This document shows, one piece after another, positions 12,698-25,770 of a stretch of DNA of 64,000 bases. The stretch is from Somniosus microcephalus (taxonomy: Eukaryota), in the NCBI GenBank assembly GCA_052327205.1, contig CM126213.1, positions 27,652,001 through 27,716,000 of the forward strand, written 5' to 3'. Numbering within the stretch: position 1 is the first letter of the stretch; each line of letters begins with the position of its first letter. The notes under the pieces were generated by a model. The model ran no database searches, was not told the DNA's origin, and was given only the letters and a program-made list of their open reading frames with translations. The position numbers and the translations under genes were made by a program.

Positions 12698-13541
12698 GGG
12701 CAGGATTTTCATTGGGCTGTGGAGGCGGGATTGGAGGCGTGTGGGGGGTTAAAATCCCGAAATCGGGGGGCACGAACCCATCCTGCCCCCAACCCGCCTC
12801 CATGCCAGTTTCAAAGGAGGCGGGTACCCGACCCGTGCTGGGACCTGCCCCCCCGAGGCGGGAAGGGGATTAGTGCCAATTAACTGCCTGTTAACAGGTA
12901 GTTAACAGGCAGTTTTTAGCCTAATCCCTATTTTTATTGCTGAAGTGTGGGATCCCCGATGGCTCCAAACCACGGCAAGTTAGCGAGGCGAGCCGTCGGG
13001 ATGAAGGGCTTGGAGGGGTCGAGATGTCCGGTGTTCAGGTGAGTGATGGGTGCATGAATGCAGAGGTAAGTGTGTTTGATGTGTGTAAAGTGTTTAAAGA
13101 AGTTTTACTTACATGTACTTACCTTTACAGCCTTCCTTCCTTCAGGTCTCAGGAGTCCCTCATCTCACCAGCACAGAAAGCAGAATGGCCACGAGCTGTC
13201 AAAAGTTGCAGCATTCAGCTTTCTGTTCCGGGGAGATCTCTAAATCATCCTGAGAGGAAGGAATTAACCTGGAGTACAGATTGTCAGTGTTTGACAGCTT
13301 CAAACAGCTGTCAAATGCTGATATTTAATCTGTCAAAAGGTCTTGACAGATGAAATATCAATCTGTGACGTCACCTGTTGCCGGGTGGCCCTTAATTGGC
13401 CTGCTGAGCCCGCTGGGCGGGCTCAACAAGGTCAATCAAGTCAAAATCGCGTGGTTTGGCTACAACTCGATGGAGGCGGGACTACAACCCCAAAAGTTGT
13501 AGTCCCGCCTCCTACCCGCATCCTCAATGAAAATCTAGCCC
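12698..13541. mobile_element. PIF/Harbinger-like MITE
   Basis: TIR GGGCAGGATTTTCATTG / CAATGAAAATCTAGCCC, 3-bp TSD GAT on both sides, internal palindrome TTTGACAGCT..AGCTGTCAAA. Confidence 0.8.
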
Positions 13542-14878
13542 GATAACTCCCCCTCCCCTATAAATCATTGTCAGGTTACATGCAATAAAACGAAGACCAC
13601 CTCCAGTCAACATAAACACAGTGGCGAAATAAAAACACAACGAAGAAGTTCAAGAAGAAATTAAGTATCTCGTAGATAAACTTTACCGAAGCTGGTTCAT
13701 TTACTCTGCAGCAGTAACAACTAGGTCCATTACAGTATAATTGATTCAGATTGTTAATGGGTTTCACACCATCTGTCACAATGTGTAACTGTGTCTAACA
13801 ATGAGGTCTATAATAGAGCTATCAGCTCATCGCATATTGTAATATATTGAAGTTGACTCAACCCATTCTTTGGCCAAATAGACAATTACCCAGTTCAGAC
13901 AGAAAAAGACTCATGCAAATGGAATTGATTTCTGTGCGTACTGGAAAAACCCCTGCTGAGTTGACTACTGAAAGATCTATTCGATGCTCTTCCTCACTGC
14001 TGACCTGGAGATATTATGCAGTTATTATGCAAACACGCAACATCCTCAAATACCTCAGCATAGAAAGTCGGAGTTGATCAGACTGAACGCTGTTCACTAG
14101 AATCACAGCACAGGAGGAGGCCATTCAGCCCGTCTTGACCAGTTTAATAAGTTTTTATTTTGAAGGTAATTTCTCAGCTAGGAGGCAGGGTGGGAAATCT
14201 ACTCTCAGGTACCTGCCATTGGCACTCTGAAAATGGTCGTTTGGAGATGCACAGAAGCAACCCAGGATGATGGTCCTTCGGATATTACCCACCATTCTGA
14301 TTTCTGTCGAGTACCTCACCCCATGGCATAGCTGAGACTACTATGTGACAGACCATGGCTGTCAACATCCATCCAAACCCTTTTGCTGACCTTTGATGTT
14401 CAAACATGCTATGCCACAGAAGTCCTGTAGTAATAGCTGTAACCTGTGCTGATGAGGGATGAGGGATGCTCCAACCTCCCCCTGGTTGGACTGGAACCAA
14501 GCTTTGGACTCAACTGTTCAATCCTGACCCATTAAAACAAAGCTCAAAAATGTTCTCCTCACTAATACAAATGATTGACAAAAAAATGAGAGGATGAGTT
14601 TTCTTCATGCAGTCAATAAGTCAAGCCAGGAGTGTCCATTGAGGATAGATTTGAGAATATTGCAGTGATGTTGAAAAATACTACTTGAGCACTTCAAGCA
14701 AACCTACTATCAAGACGCAGCACTTTCATAACAGTCTGTCAAGGACCTTATGAGAGGACCTAGCGCAGAAAACCCTGATCATTGGTAGCTGACAGGTCTG
14801 ACATGTCTACTCTACAGAGGAGCCTACAGAATTGATAATGAAATCTTTGAACATCTGTAAAGGAAAATAGTGGTTTAC

Positions 14879-15013
14879 GAGGGGTAATTTTGAGAGTCCA
14901 TGCAGTGAGTGGATGATCAGAAAATGGTGGGCAGTGCGTGCTGAAGTCCCAGTGTGCACTGCTGGCATGGGAGGCTCCCAATCGGCAATGTGCTCCTCGT
15001 AAAATTACCGCTC
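14879..15013. mobile_element. Very short TIR element
   Basis: GAGGGGTAATTTT ... AAAATTACCGCTC inverted ends. Confidence 0.45.
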
Positions 15014-15094
15014 TGAATTTTCACCAGGGAATCCCAGAGAGTAGATTGGAAAAATCTCAAGTGTCTGTAGTGGGCAGACCAGAAGCACCCATTA

Positions 15095-15885
15095 TGAATT
15101 GTAAAGTGATACACTTTGTGGGGACTAATATGGGAAGACAATATACTATAAATGGCCCGATTTTGAAAAGTGTAGATGAACAGAGAGACCTTGGTATCCC
15201 TATGCACAAATTCTTAAAGGTGGCAGGGCAAGTTGAGAAGGCGGTCGAAAAAGCATATGGGTTACTTGTGTTTATAAATAGAGGAATAGAATATAAAAGC
15301 AAAGAGATCGTGCTGGAACTTTAACAATCACTGGTTAGGCCTCAGCTGGAGTATTGTGGACAGTTCTGGGCACCACACTTCAGGAAAGATGTAAAGGCCT
15401 TAGAAAGGGTACAGAGGAGGTTCACCAGGCTGCTACCAGGGATGAGGGACTTCAGTTTTGCAGTTATGAGGAGAGGTTGGAAAAGTTAGGCCTAGTCTCC
15501 TTGGAACAGAGAAGGTTAAGAGGTGACCTAATAGAGGTTTTCAAGATGATGAGAGGTTTTGATAGAGTAGATAGAAAAAAAAAACCTATTCCCTCTGGTG
15601 AGTGGGTCAATAACTAGAGGCAAAACATCTAGAGGGGAGATGAGGAAAACTGTTTTCACTCAGAGAGTTGTCGGGATCTGGAACGCTCTACCTGAGAAGG
15701 TGGTGGAAGCTGATTCCATAAATAATTTTAAAAGGGAGTTGGATAGGTACTTGAGGACGAGGAACTCACAGGGTCACGGACAAAAAGCGGGTGTGTGAGA
15801 CTAAGCATGACTGCTCTTTCAAAGAGCCAGCACAGGCACGACGGGCCGAATGGCCTCCGTCTGTGCTGCAAGTTTCTATCATTCT
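15095..15885 (+). mobile_element. CR1 3' fragment, diverged
   Basis: CKVIHF...QRDLG...NRGIEYKSK and [25 protein letters not shown], followed by a CR1 tail. Confidence 0.9.
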
Positions 15886-16209
15886 AGGATTGTTGAAAGT
15901 CTTCAAGTATCAGTCAGACAACGAGGTGCATCTGTTGGGGAAACCATAGCAATTGTACATTATGAGAAGCCTGGAGCGATTATTGGGACAAAGGCCACTA
16001 AAGAAAAGGCCTGGATAGAGGCGACATTAGAAAAGGAATCTGGAATGGGAAGTCCTTATTGATCTTGGAACTGGAACTTATCATCAATGAGGCCATGGAT
16101 GATGGATACAAGTAGGGAACCTTTGTGGCAGGGGCATAATTTTAAGTGAGTGAGCCAGTGTTCGGGCCTGTATGTGCTAGAGTTAGCAGCTTAGACAAAG
16201 GGATAATAG

Positions 16210-19200
16210 TGTGGGAGACTACGGTCTCCCGCGTAAAGAAATAGGCAACACAGCGAGCTACAAGAAATAGGTCTTTACTCCAACTTTCACAATACAGTAC
16301 TGAATTCGTAAAGCCCGCGAACCTGTGATGACTCACAGATTGGTCACCTGCTGGAACCTGATTGGTTTTCCTTCTCTCAGCAGCAGGCAAGTCTGAACGT
16401 GCCTTATTCCTCTCAGCTTGCAACTGTCTTGCGGGGGGAGGGGAATACAGCAGTTAAAAGGGGATTATACAGGTTTATCTACATACACACAGTGTTTCCC
16501 CAATGTGGCAACGCCACATAAGCCCCCCCAGAATCCTCGTTAACTGTAAAAGTCAGTCTCTGCGGAGGTTTGACCAAACGGCCGTAGCGGCTGTAGTAGC
16601 CATCTGGCGTGTGAGGAGGGCTGTCTGGGAGGTCGGCCGGCTGGTTCGTCGGCTGGTCTGGCGGCTGGTCTGCCGGTGGGCTGGCTGGACGGGCTGCCGG
16701 CGAAGGTGGGGCGGCGGCCGGGAAGTAAGGTTCTGGCGTGTCTTGGTCCTCTTGTGGGGCCGCCGCCAATGCGGGAGGTCTGCCCCGCCAGGCGGATGGG
16801 ACGACCGGCCTAGGCGAGGGGACTGAGATGTCGCACAGGAGGGTTGTGCCGGCTGCGTGGAAGTGGATGTCGGCCAGAGTGAGGCTGGTGGTTGACGTCC
16901 TGAGGGCCTGGATCTCCGCGTCGGCGGCCTGGTCTCTCGCCATGCTGGCGTAGTCGACGCCCAGGTGCACTGCGTGGAGCGAGGGTCTTGAGAGGCAGTC
17001 GGCCACCAAATTGTCCTTGCCGGCGACGTGGCGGATGTCCGTGGTGAACTCCGAGCTGAAGTTGAGTTGGCGCTGTTGGCGCGCGGACCAGGGTTCGGTT
17101 ACTTTGGCCATGGCGAAAGTGAGCGGCTTGTGGTCCATGAATGCGGTGAACGGCCAGCCTTCCAGGAGGAAACGGAAGTGCCAGATTGCCAGGAACAGGG
17201 CCAGGAGCTCTCTGTCGAATGTGCTGTAGGCCTGCTCGTTCTTGTGCAGCTGTCGGCTGAAAAATGCCAGTGGCTGCCACGCGCCTTCGACCCACTGTTG
17301 CTGGACAGCGCCGACGGTGTAATCCGAGGCGTCCGTGGTGAGGGCGGTCTTGGCGCCCGGGATGGGGTGGGCCAGTAGTGTGGCGTTGGCCAAGGCGCTT
17401 TTGGTCTGGTGGAAGGCTGTCGTCATCTCCCTGGACCAGGTGAGTTGCTCTTTGCCCGTTTTGCCCCTGGTGGCTTCGTAGAGGGGGCGCATGAGTGAGG
17501 CAGCCTTGGGCACGAAACGGTGATAGAAATTGACCATCCCCAAAAATTCCTGCAGCGCCTTGACCGAGGTGGGCTGGGGAAAGTCCGCCACCGCCTGCAC
17601 CTTGGAAGGTAGGGGAATGGCTCCCCTTGGCGAGATTCTGTGGCCGAGAAAGTCAATTTGGGCTGCTCCGAACTGGCATTTGGCCGGGTTGACGATTAGC
17701 CCGTGTGGGCTGAGGCGCTGGAAAAGAGAGCGCAAATGCGCGATGTGCTCGGCCTTGCTGGTGCTGGCCACGAGGATATCGTCCAGATAGACGAACAGGA
17801 AGCTCAGGTCCCGTAGGACGGAATCCATGAGCCGTTGGAAGGCCTGTGCGGCGTTCTTGAGCCCGAAGGGCATGTGCAGGAACTCGAACAGTCCGAAGGG
17901 GGTGATGACCGCCGTCTTCTGGACGTCTGCGTGGTGGACGGGGACCTGATGTTAGCCGCGAATCAGGTCGACCTTGGAAAAGACGGACTTTCCTGCTAGG
18001 TGTGCCGAGAAGTCTTGGATGTGCGGAATGGGGTATCTATCGGGCGTGGTGGCATCATTGAGCCGTCTGTAGTCGCCGCAGGGGCGCCAGCCACCACCCG
18101 GCTTGGGCACAATGTGGAGGGGGGACGACCAGGGGCTGTTTGAGTGGCGGATGATGCCCAGTTTCTCCATCGTGGCGAATTCTTCCTTGGCCACCGCCAT
18201 CTTGGCTGGGTCCAGGTGTCTGGCTCGGGCGAACACTGGTGGTCCCGTAGTGGCGATGTGGTGCTCGACACCATGCTTGGCTGCCGCGGCTGAGAAGGTC
18301 GGTTGTGTGAGCCTCGGGAAATCTGCGAGTAGGCGGGCGTAGTCGTCATCCGCCGGGACAGAGCAGGACCCGACGAGGGCCGGGCTGTTGCTCTGCTGGC
18401 AGGCCAGTGAAGCGAAAGTTGCTGCGTCGATCAGGCGCCTGTCGTGGACGTCGACCAGGAGTCTGTGGGCGCAAAGAAAATCGGCGCCCAGCAAGGGATG
18501 TGCCACCGAGGCCGTCACGAAATCCCACGTAAGTCGCTGGCCGTTGAAACAAACCTCGGCCCGTCGCTTTCCAAAAGTAGCGATGGCTGCGCCATTTGCC
18601 GCCATGAGGGGTGGGCCGCTGCAGCCTGCCTGGATGGCGAGCTGGGAGGCAGGAATTATGCTGCATTGAGCTCCGGTGTCACAAAGGAATCTGCGCCCTG
18701 AAAGGGAGTCGGTTATGTACAGCAGTTTACCTGCAGTGCCGATGGCCATCGTGGCGGCGGGGGTGCGGTCGAGCGGGCCTAGACGGCGGCGCTGGGCTGG
18801 CGCGTTGGGCCGGGCGGCCATCTTGGTTTGATCGAAAGAGCAGGGTGCTCTGCAGCTTTGGGCCTTGTGGCCGAAATGCGCGTGGTAGTAGCATAGTTCT
18901 GTGGCCTGGCGTGGGGGCGCACGCTCGGTGGTGTCGGGGAGCCTCGCAGCTGCACAGCCGAGTTGGGCGATGGCGAAGACTTTGTCCGCGGCGGCTGCCA
19001 GTTGTACGCAGTCCGTGATCGGGGACCCCGTGAGGGCAGTCTGTACCTGCTGAGGAAGCAGGCTGAGGAAAAGGGCCCGAAACAAGAAGCACTGCGGCTC
19101 AGAGCCCAGGAGCGCAAGCATCCGGCTCATCAACTGGGTCAGGGTAGAGTCGCCGAGGCCTGGTAGTGAAAGAAGCCTGTGGGCCCTCTCCTCCCCGGAC

Positions 19201-19845
19201 AGGCCGTAAGCCTGCAGCAAGCGGCCCTTAATGGTTGAGTACTTGCCGGTCTGTGGTGGGTTCCCCAGCAGGTCGAGAACTTCGGCGGCGGTGGAGCTTG
19301 CTAGTGCTGAGACTACGTGGAGGTACCTTTCTTCATCGTCTTGAACCCTGTGAAGGGTGAATTGGGCCTCCGTGTGCGCGAACCAAGCCGGTGCTTGGTG
19401 TTCCCAGAAGGTGGGGAGCATCAAGGACGCGGTGCCGGCCGACATCGGGCTGCTGCTGGTTGCCGTCGGGTCGTTGCTGGCCTCTGTAGGGCTACGTGAG
19501 TCAGGGGCTTCGGCCGCCGACATTCGGGGTCACCAATGTGGGAGACTACAGTCTCCCGCGTAAAGAAATAGGCAACACAGCGAGCTACAAGAAATAGGTC
19601 TTTACTCCAACTCTCACAATACAGTACTGAATTCGTAAAGCCCGCGAACCTGTGATGGCTCACGGATTGGTCACCTGCTGGAACCTGATTGGTTTTCCTT
19701 CTCTCAGCAGCAGGCAAGTCTGAACATGCCTTATTCCTCTCAGCTTGCAACTGTCTTGCGGGGGGAGGGGAATACAGCAGTTAAAAGGGGATTATATAAG
19801 TTTATCTACATACACACAGTGTTTCCCCAATGTGGCAACGCCACA
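16210..19845 (-). mobile_element. Ty3/Gypsy LTR retrotransposon, CsRn1 clade, integrase deleted
   Basis: 309-bp LTRs at 16210-16518 and 19537-19845 (TG..CA, about 7 mismatches), 4-bp TSD ATAG, PBS TGGTGACCCCGA (tRNA-Trp), PPT next to 16519, Gag [18 protein letters not shown] (CHCC knuckle). Confidence 0.95.
16479..19523 (-). pseudogene. gag-pro-RT-RNaseH single reading frame of the CsRn1-like element
   Basis: Protease CDTGA, RT YLDD, RNase H TDAS...ELLA...DHKPL. One in-frame TAA at 17952-17954 (RG*HQVP, normally Y). No integrase core. Confidence 0.9.
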
Positions 19846-20004
19846 ATAGTATATTTTAGATTATAATAGTAGAGGGGACTGAGTGTGTTCATCTGCTTTG
19901 TTCAGGCAGTGGGCTGGTTGAAATATAACTCGTCCAAGCCAATGAACTTTGGCTGGTTTACTTATTCTACCAATGACTCATTACTACCATTAAAAAGTGA
20001 AGCA

Positions 20005-20204
20005 TGCTGAAAATCTGAAACAAAAACAGAAAATGATGTAAACATTCAGCTGGTCAGTCAGCATCTGTGGAGAGAACAGACTAGTTGACGTTTTGGGCGA
20101 GGAACCTTCGTCTTGGCAGGGTTCACACCTGAAACCTTTCTGTTCTCTGAAGAGATGCTGACTGACCTGTTGTGTGTTGGCAGCATTCACTGTTTTTGTT
20201 TCTC
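20005..20204. mobile_element. Palindromic element made of two inverted PLE tails
   Basis: Arms 20017-20080 and 20139-20203 are imperfect reverse complements, and both resemble 915-990; decayed hammerhead cores lie in the centre. Confidence 0.7.
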
Positions 20205-20205
20205 A

Positions 20206-20566
20206 GCACGGTGGCATAGTGGTTAGCACTGTTGCCTCACAGCGCCAGGGACCCGGGTTCGAATCCGGCCTCGGGCGACTGTCTGTGTGGAGTTTGCACA
20301 TTCTCCCCGTGTTTGCGTGGGTTTCCTCCGGGTGCTCCGGTTTCCTCCCACAGTCCAAAGATGTGCGGGTTAGGTTGATTGGCTATGATAAAATTGACCC
20401 TTAGTGTTAGGGGGATTAAATACGTGGGGTTACGGGGATAGGGTGGGATATGTGTTGGTGTAGGGGTTACGGGGATCGGGTGGGATATGTGTTGGTGCAG
20501 GCTCGATGGGCCGAAATGGCCTCTATCTGCACTGTGGGGTTTCTGTGATTCTGTGATTCTGTGATT
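20206..20566 (+). mobile_element. tRNA-derived V-SINE (HE1-like)
   Basis: A box TGGCATAGTGG, B box GGTTCGAATCC, V-domain TGTGGAGTTTGCACATTCTCCCCGTG...GGTTTCCTCCCACAGTCCAAAGA, CR1-like tail (TCTGTGAT)n, internal ~36-bp duplication. Confidence 0.9.
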
Positions 20567-20694
20567 ACCACAATACCCTACAGAGAGCTAAAGGCTCTGA
20601 TACATCTCCTGCATAGATGAAACTCTGAAGAAGTGTTCGATCAACAATTCACACATGTTCCACTTTGGACAATTCAATACAAAGCTCTGCGATC

Positions 20695-21481
20695 GGGGGG
20701 TGATTTTATCAATGGGGATGTGGTGGAGGCGGGACTGCTGATTGTCGGGTTTTAGTCCCGCCTCCATCGACATCCGGCCAACCCACGCTATTTTCCCTTG
20801 ATTGACCTTGTTAAGCCCACCCAGCAGGTTTAACAGGCCAAGTAAGGGAAAACCAGTAACAGAGAATGTCAGAGAATATCATTTTTGACAGATGAATTGT
20901 CCTCATTTGACAGCTTTGAGAAGCTGTCAAACACTGACAATCTCTGTTGTTTGGTGAGTTCTTGTATTCAAGACTCACCAATCCTATTTCCTGAGCAGAA
21001 ATCAGATGGCTGTTGCATTGGAGAATGCAGCAGCCTTTCTGTCACCTCTGCCGTGGAGATGCCGGAGCCTCCGGATCCCCAACGATTGAAGCCTGCAGGA
21101 AGAAACAAAGGTAAGAAAAAAATTTCTAAGACATTTCACTCACCTCTCCACACTTGCACCCATCGCTCACCTCCACAGCGCACTTTTTGAACCCTCTGGC
21201 CCCCGCAGGCACACTGCTCGCCTCGCTGACCCTGACGGGTTTTCCCGACGTCGGGAAGCCCGCACTTGTGTTGGAAAAATGGGGACAAACCTCTTTACTG
21301 CCTGTTAATCCTCTTTACTGCCTCGAGGAGGCAGGCCCCAGCGCAAGTCAGGGACCCGCCTCCCGGGAAGATGGCACGGAGCCGGGTTGAGGGCGGGTTC
21401 GGTACCCGCTCCCAGTTTCTGCCATTTTCCCAGCAGTCCCGCCTCCATACCCGCCTCCGCAGGGCTGGCAAAATTGCCCCC
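20695..21481. mobile_element. Harbinger-like MITE related to 12698-13541, opposite orientation
   Basis: Ends GGGGGTGATTTT / AAAATTGCCCCC; internal segments are diverged reverse complements of 13280-13450. Confidence 0.7.
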
Positions 21482-21769
21482 AGTTGTTGCGGACTCTCGA
21501 TGAGATCTGGTTCCTTGAGTCACTGGTAACCCGACCCTTAGAGGACTAGTATTCAATCTGCTATCTCCGAGGGCCCAATCCATTCCACACTAATATCGTA
21601 CCAAAAGAGATGTTCAGCATGATATCAAATTTTAACAGCTATGGGAAGTGCAAATGTACAAATGACCTCTTTATTTCATCAACCTTGTAAGAGGGATGCA
21701 CTGTTGAGAATTCACTGTAGATTTTAATTGATTCAGCTTGCTTTTTAAAACATTAAACTGTGTCACCTT

Positions 21770-22110
21770 GGGGTCGGTTGGTACCACTCTCATCTCTGGA
21801 TCAAACGGTTGTGGGTTTGAGCTCATGATTCTAGGTTGACACCCTAGTGCAACACTGAGGGAGTGCAGCATTGCTAGCAGTTCCATCAGTCAGGTGAGCT
21901 GTTATAACAAGTTCCAGTGGTTTCAGGTGGTCATTGAATCTTCTGACATTTCTTAAAAGAACCAGAGTTTTCCCAGTGTCCTCTGTCACTCAATACCACA
22001 CAAACCGATTCACAGGTCAACGGCCTCATTGCAATGGTGAGATGTTGCTGGTGCACGATAACTGCTGTGTTCCACACACAGCAGCCACTGAACTTCAAAG
22101 CTAATTCATT
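21770..22110 (+). mobile_element. Degenerate SacSINE1/DeuSINE-like copy
   Basis: Decayed tRNA-like head and CTGAGGGAGTGCAGCATTG core. Confidence 0.55.
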
Positions 22111-22127
22111 ATGTTAGGAAAAAAATA

Positions 22128-22568
22128 ACTTGCATTTCTATAGCGCCTTTTATGACCTCGGGGTGTCCCAAAGCGCTTTACAGCCAATGAAGTACTTTTT
22201 GAAGCGTAGTCACTGTTGCAATGTAGGAAACGTGCCAGCCAATTTGCGCACAGCAAGCTCCCACAAACAACAATGTGATAATGACCAGATAATCTGTTAT
22301 GATGTTGGTTGAGGGAAAAATATTGGCCAGGACACTGGAGAGAACTCCCTTGTTCTTCTTCGAAATAGTGCCATGGAATCTTTTATGTCCACCTCAGAGA
22401 GCAGATGGGGCCGCAGTTTAACGTCTCATCCAAAAGATGGCACCTTCGACAGTGCAGCGCTCCCTCAGTACTGCCAGTCTAGACTTTGTGCAAGACTTTG
22501 GAGTGGGACTTGAGCCCACAACCTTCTGACTCAAAGACGAGAGTGCTAACCACTGAGCCACAGCTGAC
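22128..22568 (-). mobile_element. SacSINE1/DeuSINE-like SINE, near full length
   Basis: Minus strand starts GTCAGCTGTGGCTCAGTGGTTAGCACTCTCG (tRNA-like head), has a Deu-like core and ends AAGGCGCTATAGAAATGCAAG. Confidence 0.8.
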
Positions 22569-23675
22569 TTATGTTAAGTGTTTTGAGATTTTTTTAAACT
22601 AATAAAGTACTATATAAATGCAAATATTATGTTAGCTATGTTGTGTGGTTACATAAGCAAAAGGAACAATGCACATGCTTGCCATGGTACATCCAGAGCC
22701 CAATACAATTGCTTTGGAGTGAGCTGTAATGTTGAAAGAGAAGGTTTTCTTCCCTCACATCCTTCCGTAAGTTAGAATTGAAACAGCCCTCAGGCATAAA
22801 GAATGATCAACCCCTACAGATCCAATACATGGTTTCCAATATCTTCCTCACAGTTATGCAGGAAAATCTGACCTAGCTCCTACACAAACGTCAAGGATTT
22901 AGTTTAAGACTCCTGTGTAATAACAACCTATTCTCCAGACTTCTTTCTATCAAAACATTACCTAAGAAGTAAGAAATCTAAAGATGAAGATTCTGAGATC
23001 CCTGATGGAATTCCTGATGGATTTATATGGCACCAATTCGCCCACTTTTTACCCTACTTAGCAAACTTTACCCTACTTAGCAATCTGACACTGAGAATCC
23101 CCAAGGGCAGATGGTGTTGGGAGTGGAGCTGCCACACTCTGCAGTCAGGGACACCTTGCTGAGATCAGAGGCACTGCACATATCATAGGGCTAAGACGTA
23201 CATTTAAAAGGTCACTGGCTCCATAAAAGATGTTTGCAAAACCTCTTCTCAATTGATGAGATAGACAAGTAAGAGCCATCATAGGTCATGTTTGCTAAGC
23301 CGCACAAGTGACACAATAATGCATTTTGGAGAGACCTTTGCAGTTATCTGCTTGGCAAAGAACTATTTCAAAAAGATGGTACCTGGCCCATTCAAACTAA
23401 ATGGACTATTAGAAATAAACTCAGGTTTTCTCAAAGAACTGAAAGGTCAGTGGCAGGCAGATGTCATCATTCAATGACAGGGCCTGTAGATGGAGCTCAC
23501 TGTTGAAGGAGGCTGGCTATGCACAGGTGTGAAATGCTGCATGTCTGAGCAGGTCCCATCTTACAGCTGCTGAATGTAGGGTTGCTCTCGACTGGAGACA
23601 TGCCACCTGTCCTGTGAGTGCTTGACATTGTAACTTGCAACAAAAAACAGGTAAATATTCTATTCTCCAGTACAG

Positions 23676-24045
23676 TGCTCCAGCGCAGTCCTGAGGGAGT
23701 GCTGCATTGTCGGAGCTGCCGTCTTTCGGATGAGACATTAAACCGAGGCCCCGTCTGCCCTCTCAGGTGGACGTAAAAGATCCCATGGCCACTATTTCGA
23801 AGAAGAGCAGGGGAGTTATCCCCGGTGTCCTGGCCAATATTTATATCTCTCAACCAACATAACAAAAACAGATTATCTGGTCATTGTCACATTGCTGTTT
23901 GTGGGAGCTTGCTGGGTGCAAATTGGCCGCCACGTTTCCCACATTACAACGGTGACTACACTCCAAAAGTACTTCATTGGCTGTAAAGCGCTTTGAGACG
24001 TCCAGTGGTCATGAAAGGCGCTATAGAAATGCAAGTCTTTCTTTC
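23676..24045 (+). mobile_element. SacSINE1/DeuSINE-like SINE, 5'-truncated
   Basis: Reverse-complement match to 22128-22475. Confidence 0.8.
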
Positions 24046-24842
24046 TTTTCCAGCAACATTGCCTCTCACCTTTATGAACATTCGCACAATCCACAAGAAA
24101 AGTAGACCAGGGGCATATTTTTTCTAAACCAGGAAATAGTTGTAAACATTTGGATAAAGGGAGTCTTGCGCCTCCAGCCTCTCACTTATTTTGACGTTTT
24201 TCATTCTGTGTGAGAATATGATTGCCAAATTAGCTTGATGCCCTCAAGCAGCACAATTTCACTTTTTCTCATTTTGAATAATTCATAATCCACAGAAAAG
24301 TGTTAGCGAATTCTCTAAATGTACGAGTGTGTAAATGTACTGAACAATATTTACCTCAACAGGACAGCTTGATCCCCGTTTGTGCTGAATTAATTGACTT
24401 CAACTGTGTCACAATAGAGGTCACCATAATTGTCTTTAATTTCCCTGGGCAATAGGAGCCGAAAATTGGTCTTCATTACTGCCCAGTGATCATGTGTGTG
24501 TCTGGGAAGGCCAATCAAGAATAGGACAGGGCCTGGTTACAGAATCCCTTACAGACAAACATCCATTGCCAGGCATAAATGAAGAAATAGCATTCACTTG
24601 GGTGACGTACCAGAGAGCCACGGAAAACATTGGACCTGTATCTCAGCACCAGTCTTTGCCTTCAGGAGAAGAGAGGGTTGAAAATTGGAGGGTGAAGAAG
24701 AAAATGATCTAAGTACCCATCTATTTCTTCATACTAAATTGTGGGTTTGCATTTGACTGACAGGAGATGTTCAGATCTTACTGCCACACAGGTTAACGTT
24801 TTAGTCGGTTCCTGGCTGAACTTCTATGTGTAACTCATTCTT

Positions 24843-25445
24843 GGACTTGGACCATGTACAGCAGGCACCTCAAAGCACTGAAGAGGTACCACCAACACTA
24901 CCTCCGCAAGATCCTGCAAATCCATTGGCAGGATAGGTGCACCAATGTCAGTGTTCTTGCTCAGGCCAACATCCCCAGCATCGAAGCTTTGACCACGCTC
25001 AATCAGCTCCGATGGACGGGCCACATCGTCCGCATGCCCGATACGAGACTCCCAAAACAAGCGCTCTACTCGGAGCTTCGGCACCGCAAGAGAGCCCCAG
25101 GTGGGCAGAGGAAACGCTTCAAAGACACCCTCAAAGCCTCCTTGAAAATGTGTAACATTCCCATCGACACCTGGGAATCCCTGGCCCAAGACCATACAAA
25201 ATGGAGGAGAAGCATCCGGGAAGGCGCCGAACACCTCCAGTCTCTTTGCCGGGAGCAAGCAGGAGCCAAGCGCACGGAGCGCACGTCAACCTAAGCCCCC
25301 CACCCACCCGCCCCTTCAACCACCGTCTGCCCCACCTGTAACAGAGACTGTAGGTCCCGCATTGGACACATCAGTCACCCGAGAACTCAGTTTTAATGTG
25401 GAAGCAAGTCATCCTCGGTTCCGAGGGACTGCCTAAGGAGAGGAG
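24843..25445 (+). mobile_element. RTE (BovB-like) LINE 3' fragment
   Basis: QLRWTGHIVRMPDTRLPKQALYSEL; 11-bp TSD AACTC(A/G)TTCTT at 24832-24842 and 25446-25456. Confidence 0.9.
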
Positions 25446-25569
25446 AACTCGTTCTTCTATAAATGAGAAGGGTTGGGGGGGGGGTGCAGGGGGCACAGGT
25501 AGAAAGAAAAGGTTTACTGGAATACTTTGTAGTGGCCAGCCGAGTACAGGGCACCTCTGCAGGAGGAGA

Positions 25570-25770
25570 NNNNNNNNNNNNNNNNNNNNNNNNNNNNNNN
25601 NNNNNNNNNNNNNNNNNNNNNNNNNNNNNNNNNNNNNNNNNNNNNNNNNNNNNNNNNNNNNNNNNNNNNNNNNNNNNNNNNNNNNNNNNNNNNNNNNNNN
25701 NNNNNNNNNNNNNNNNNNNNNNNNNNNNNNNNNNNNNNNNNNNNNNNNNNNNNNNNNNNNNNNNNNNNNN
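25570..25770. other. Assembly gap (201 N)
   Basis: Run of N. Confidence 1.

Noticed and set aside
13890-14004. Minus-strand exon candidate (VSSEEEHRIDLSVVNSAG...)
   Set aside because: Splice-like ends but no similarity to SYNDIG1-family or any protein I recognise; compatible with chance.
20206-20275. tRNA gene
   Set aside because: A and B boxes continue into a V-SINE core and CR1-like tail, so it is a SINE head.
24843-25445. Assembly duplicate of the RTE 3' end beside the gap
   Set aside because: It has many substitutions relative to 27895-28490 and its own 11-bp TSD, so it is an independent copy.
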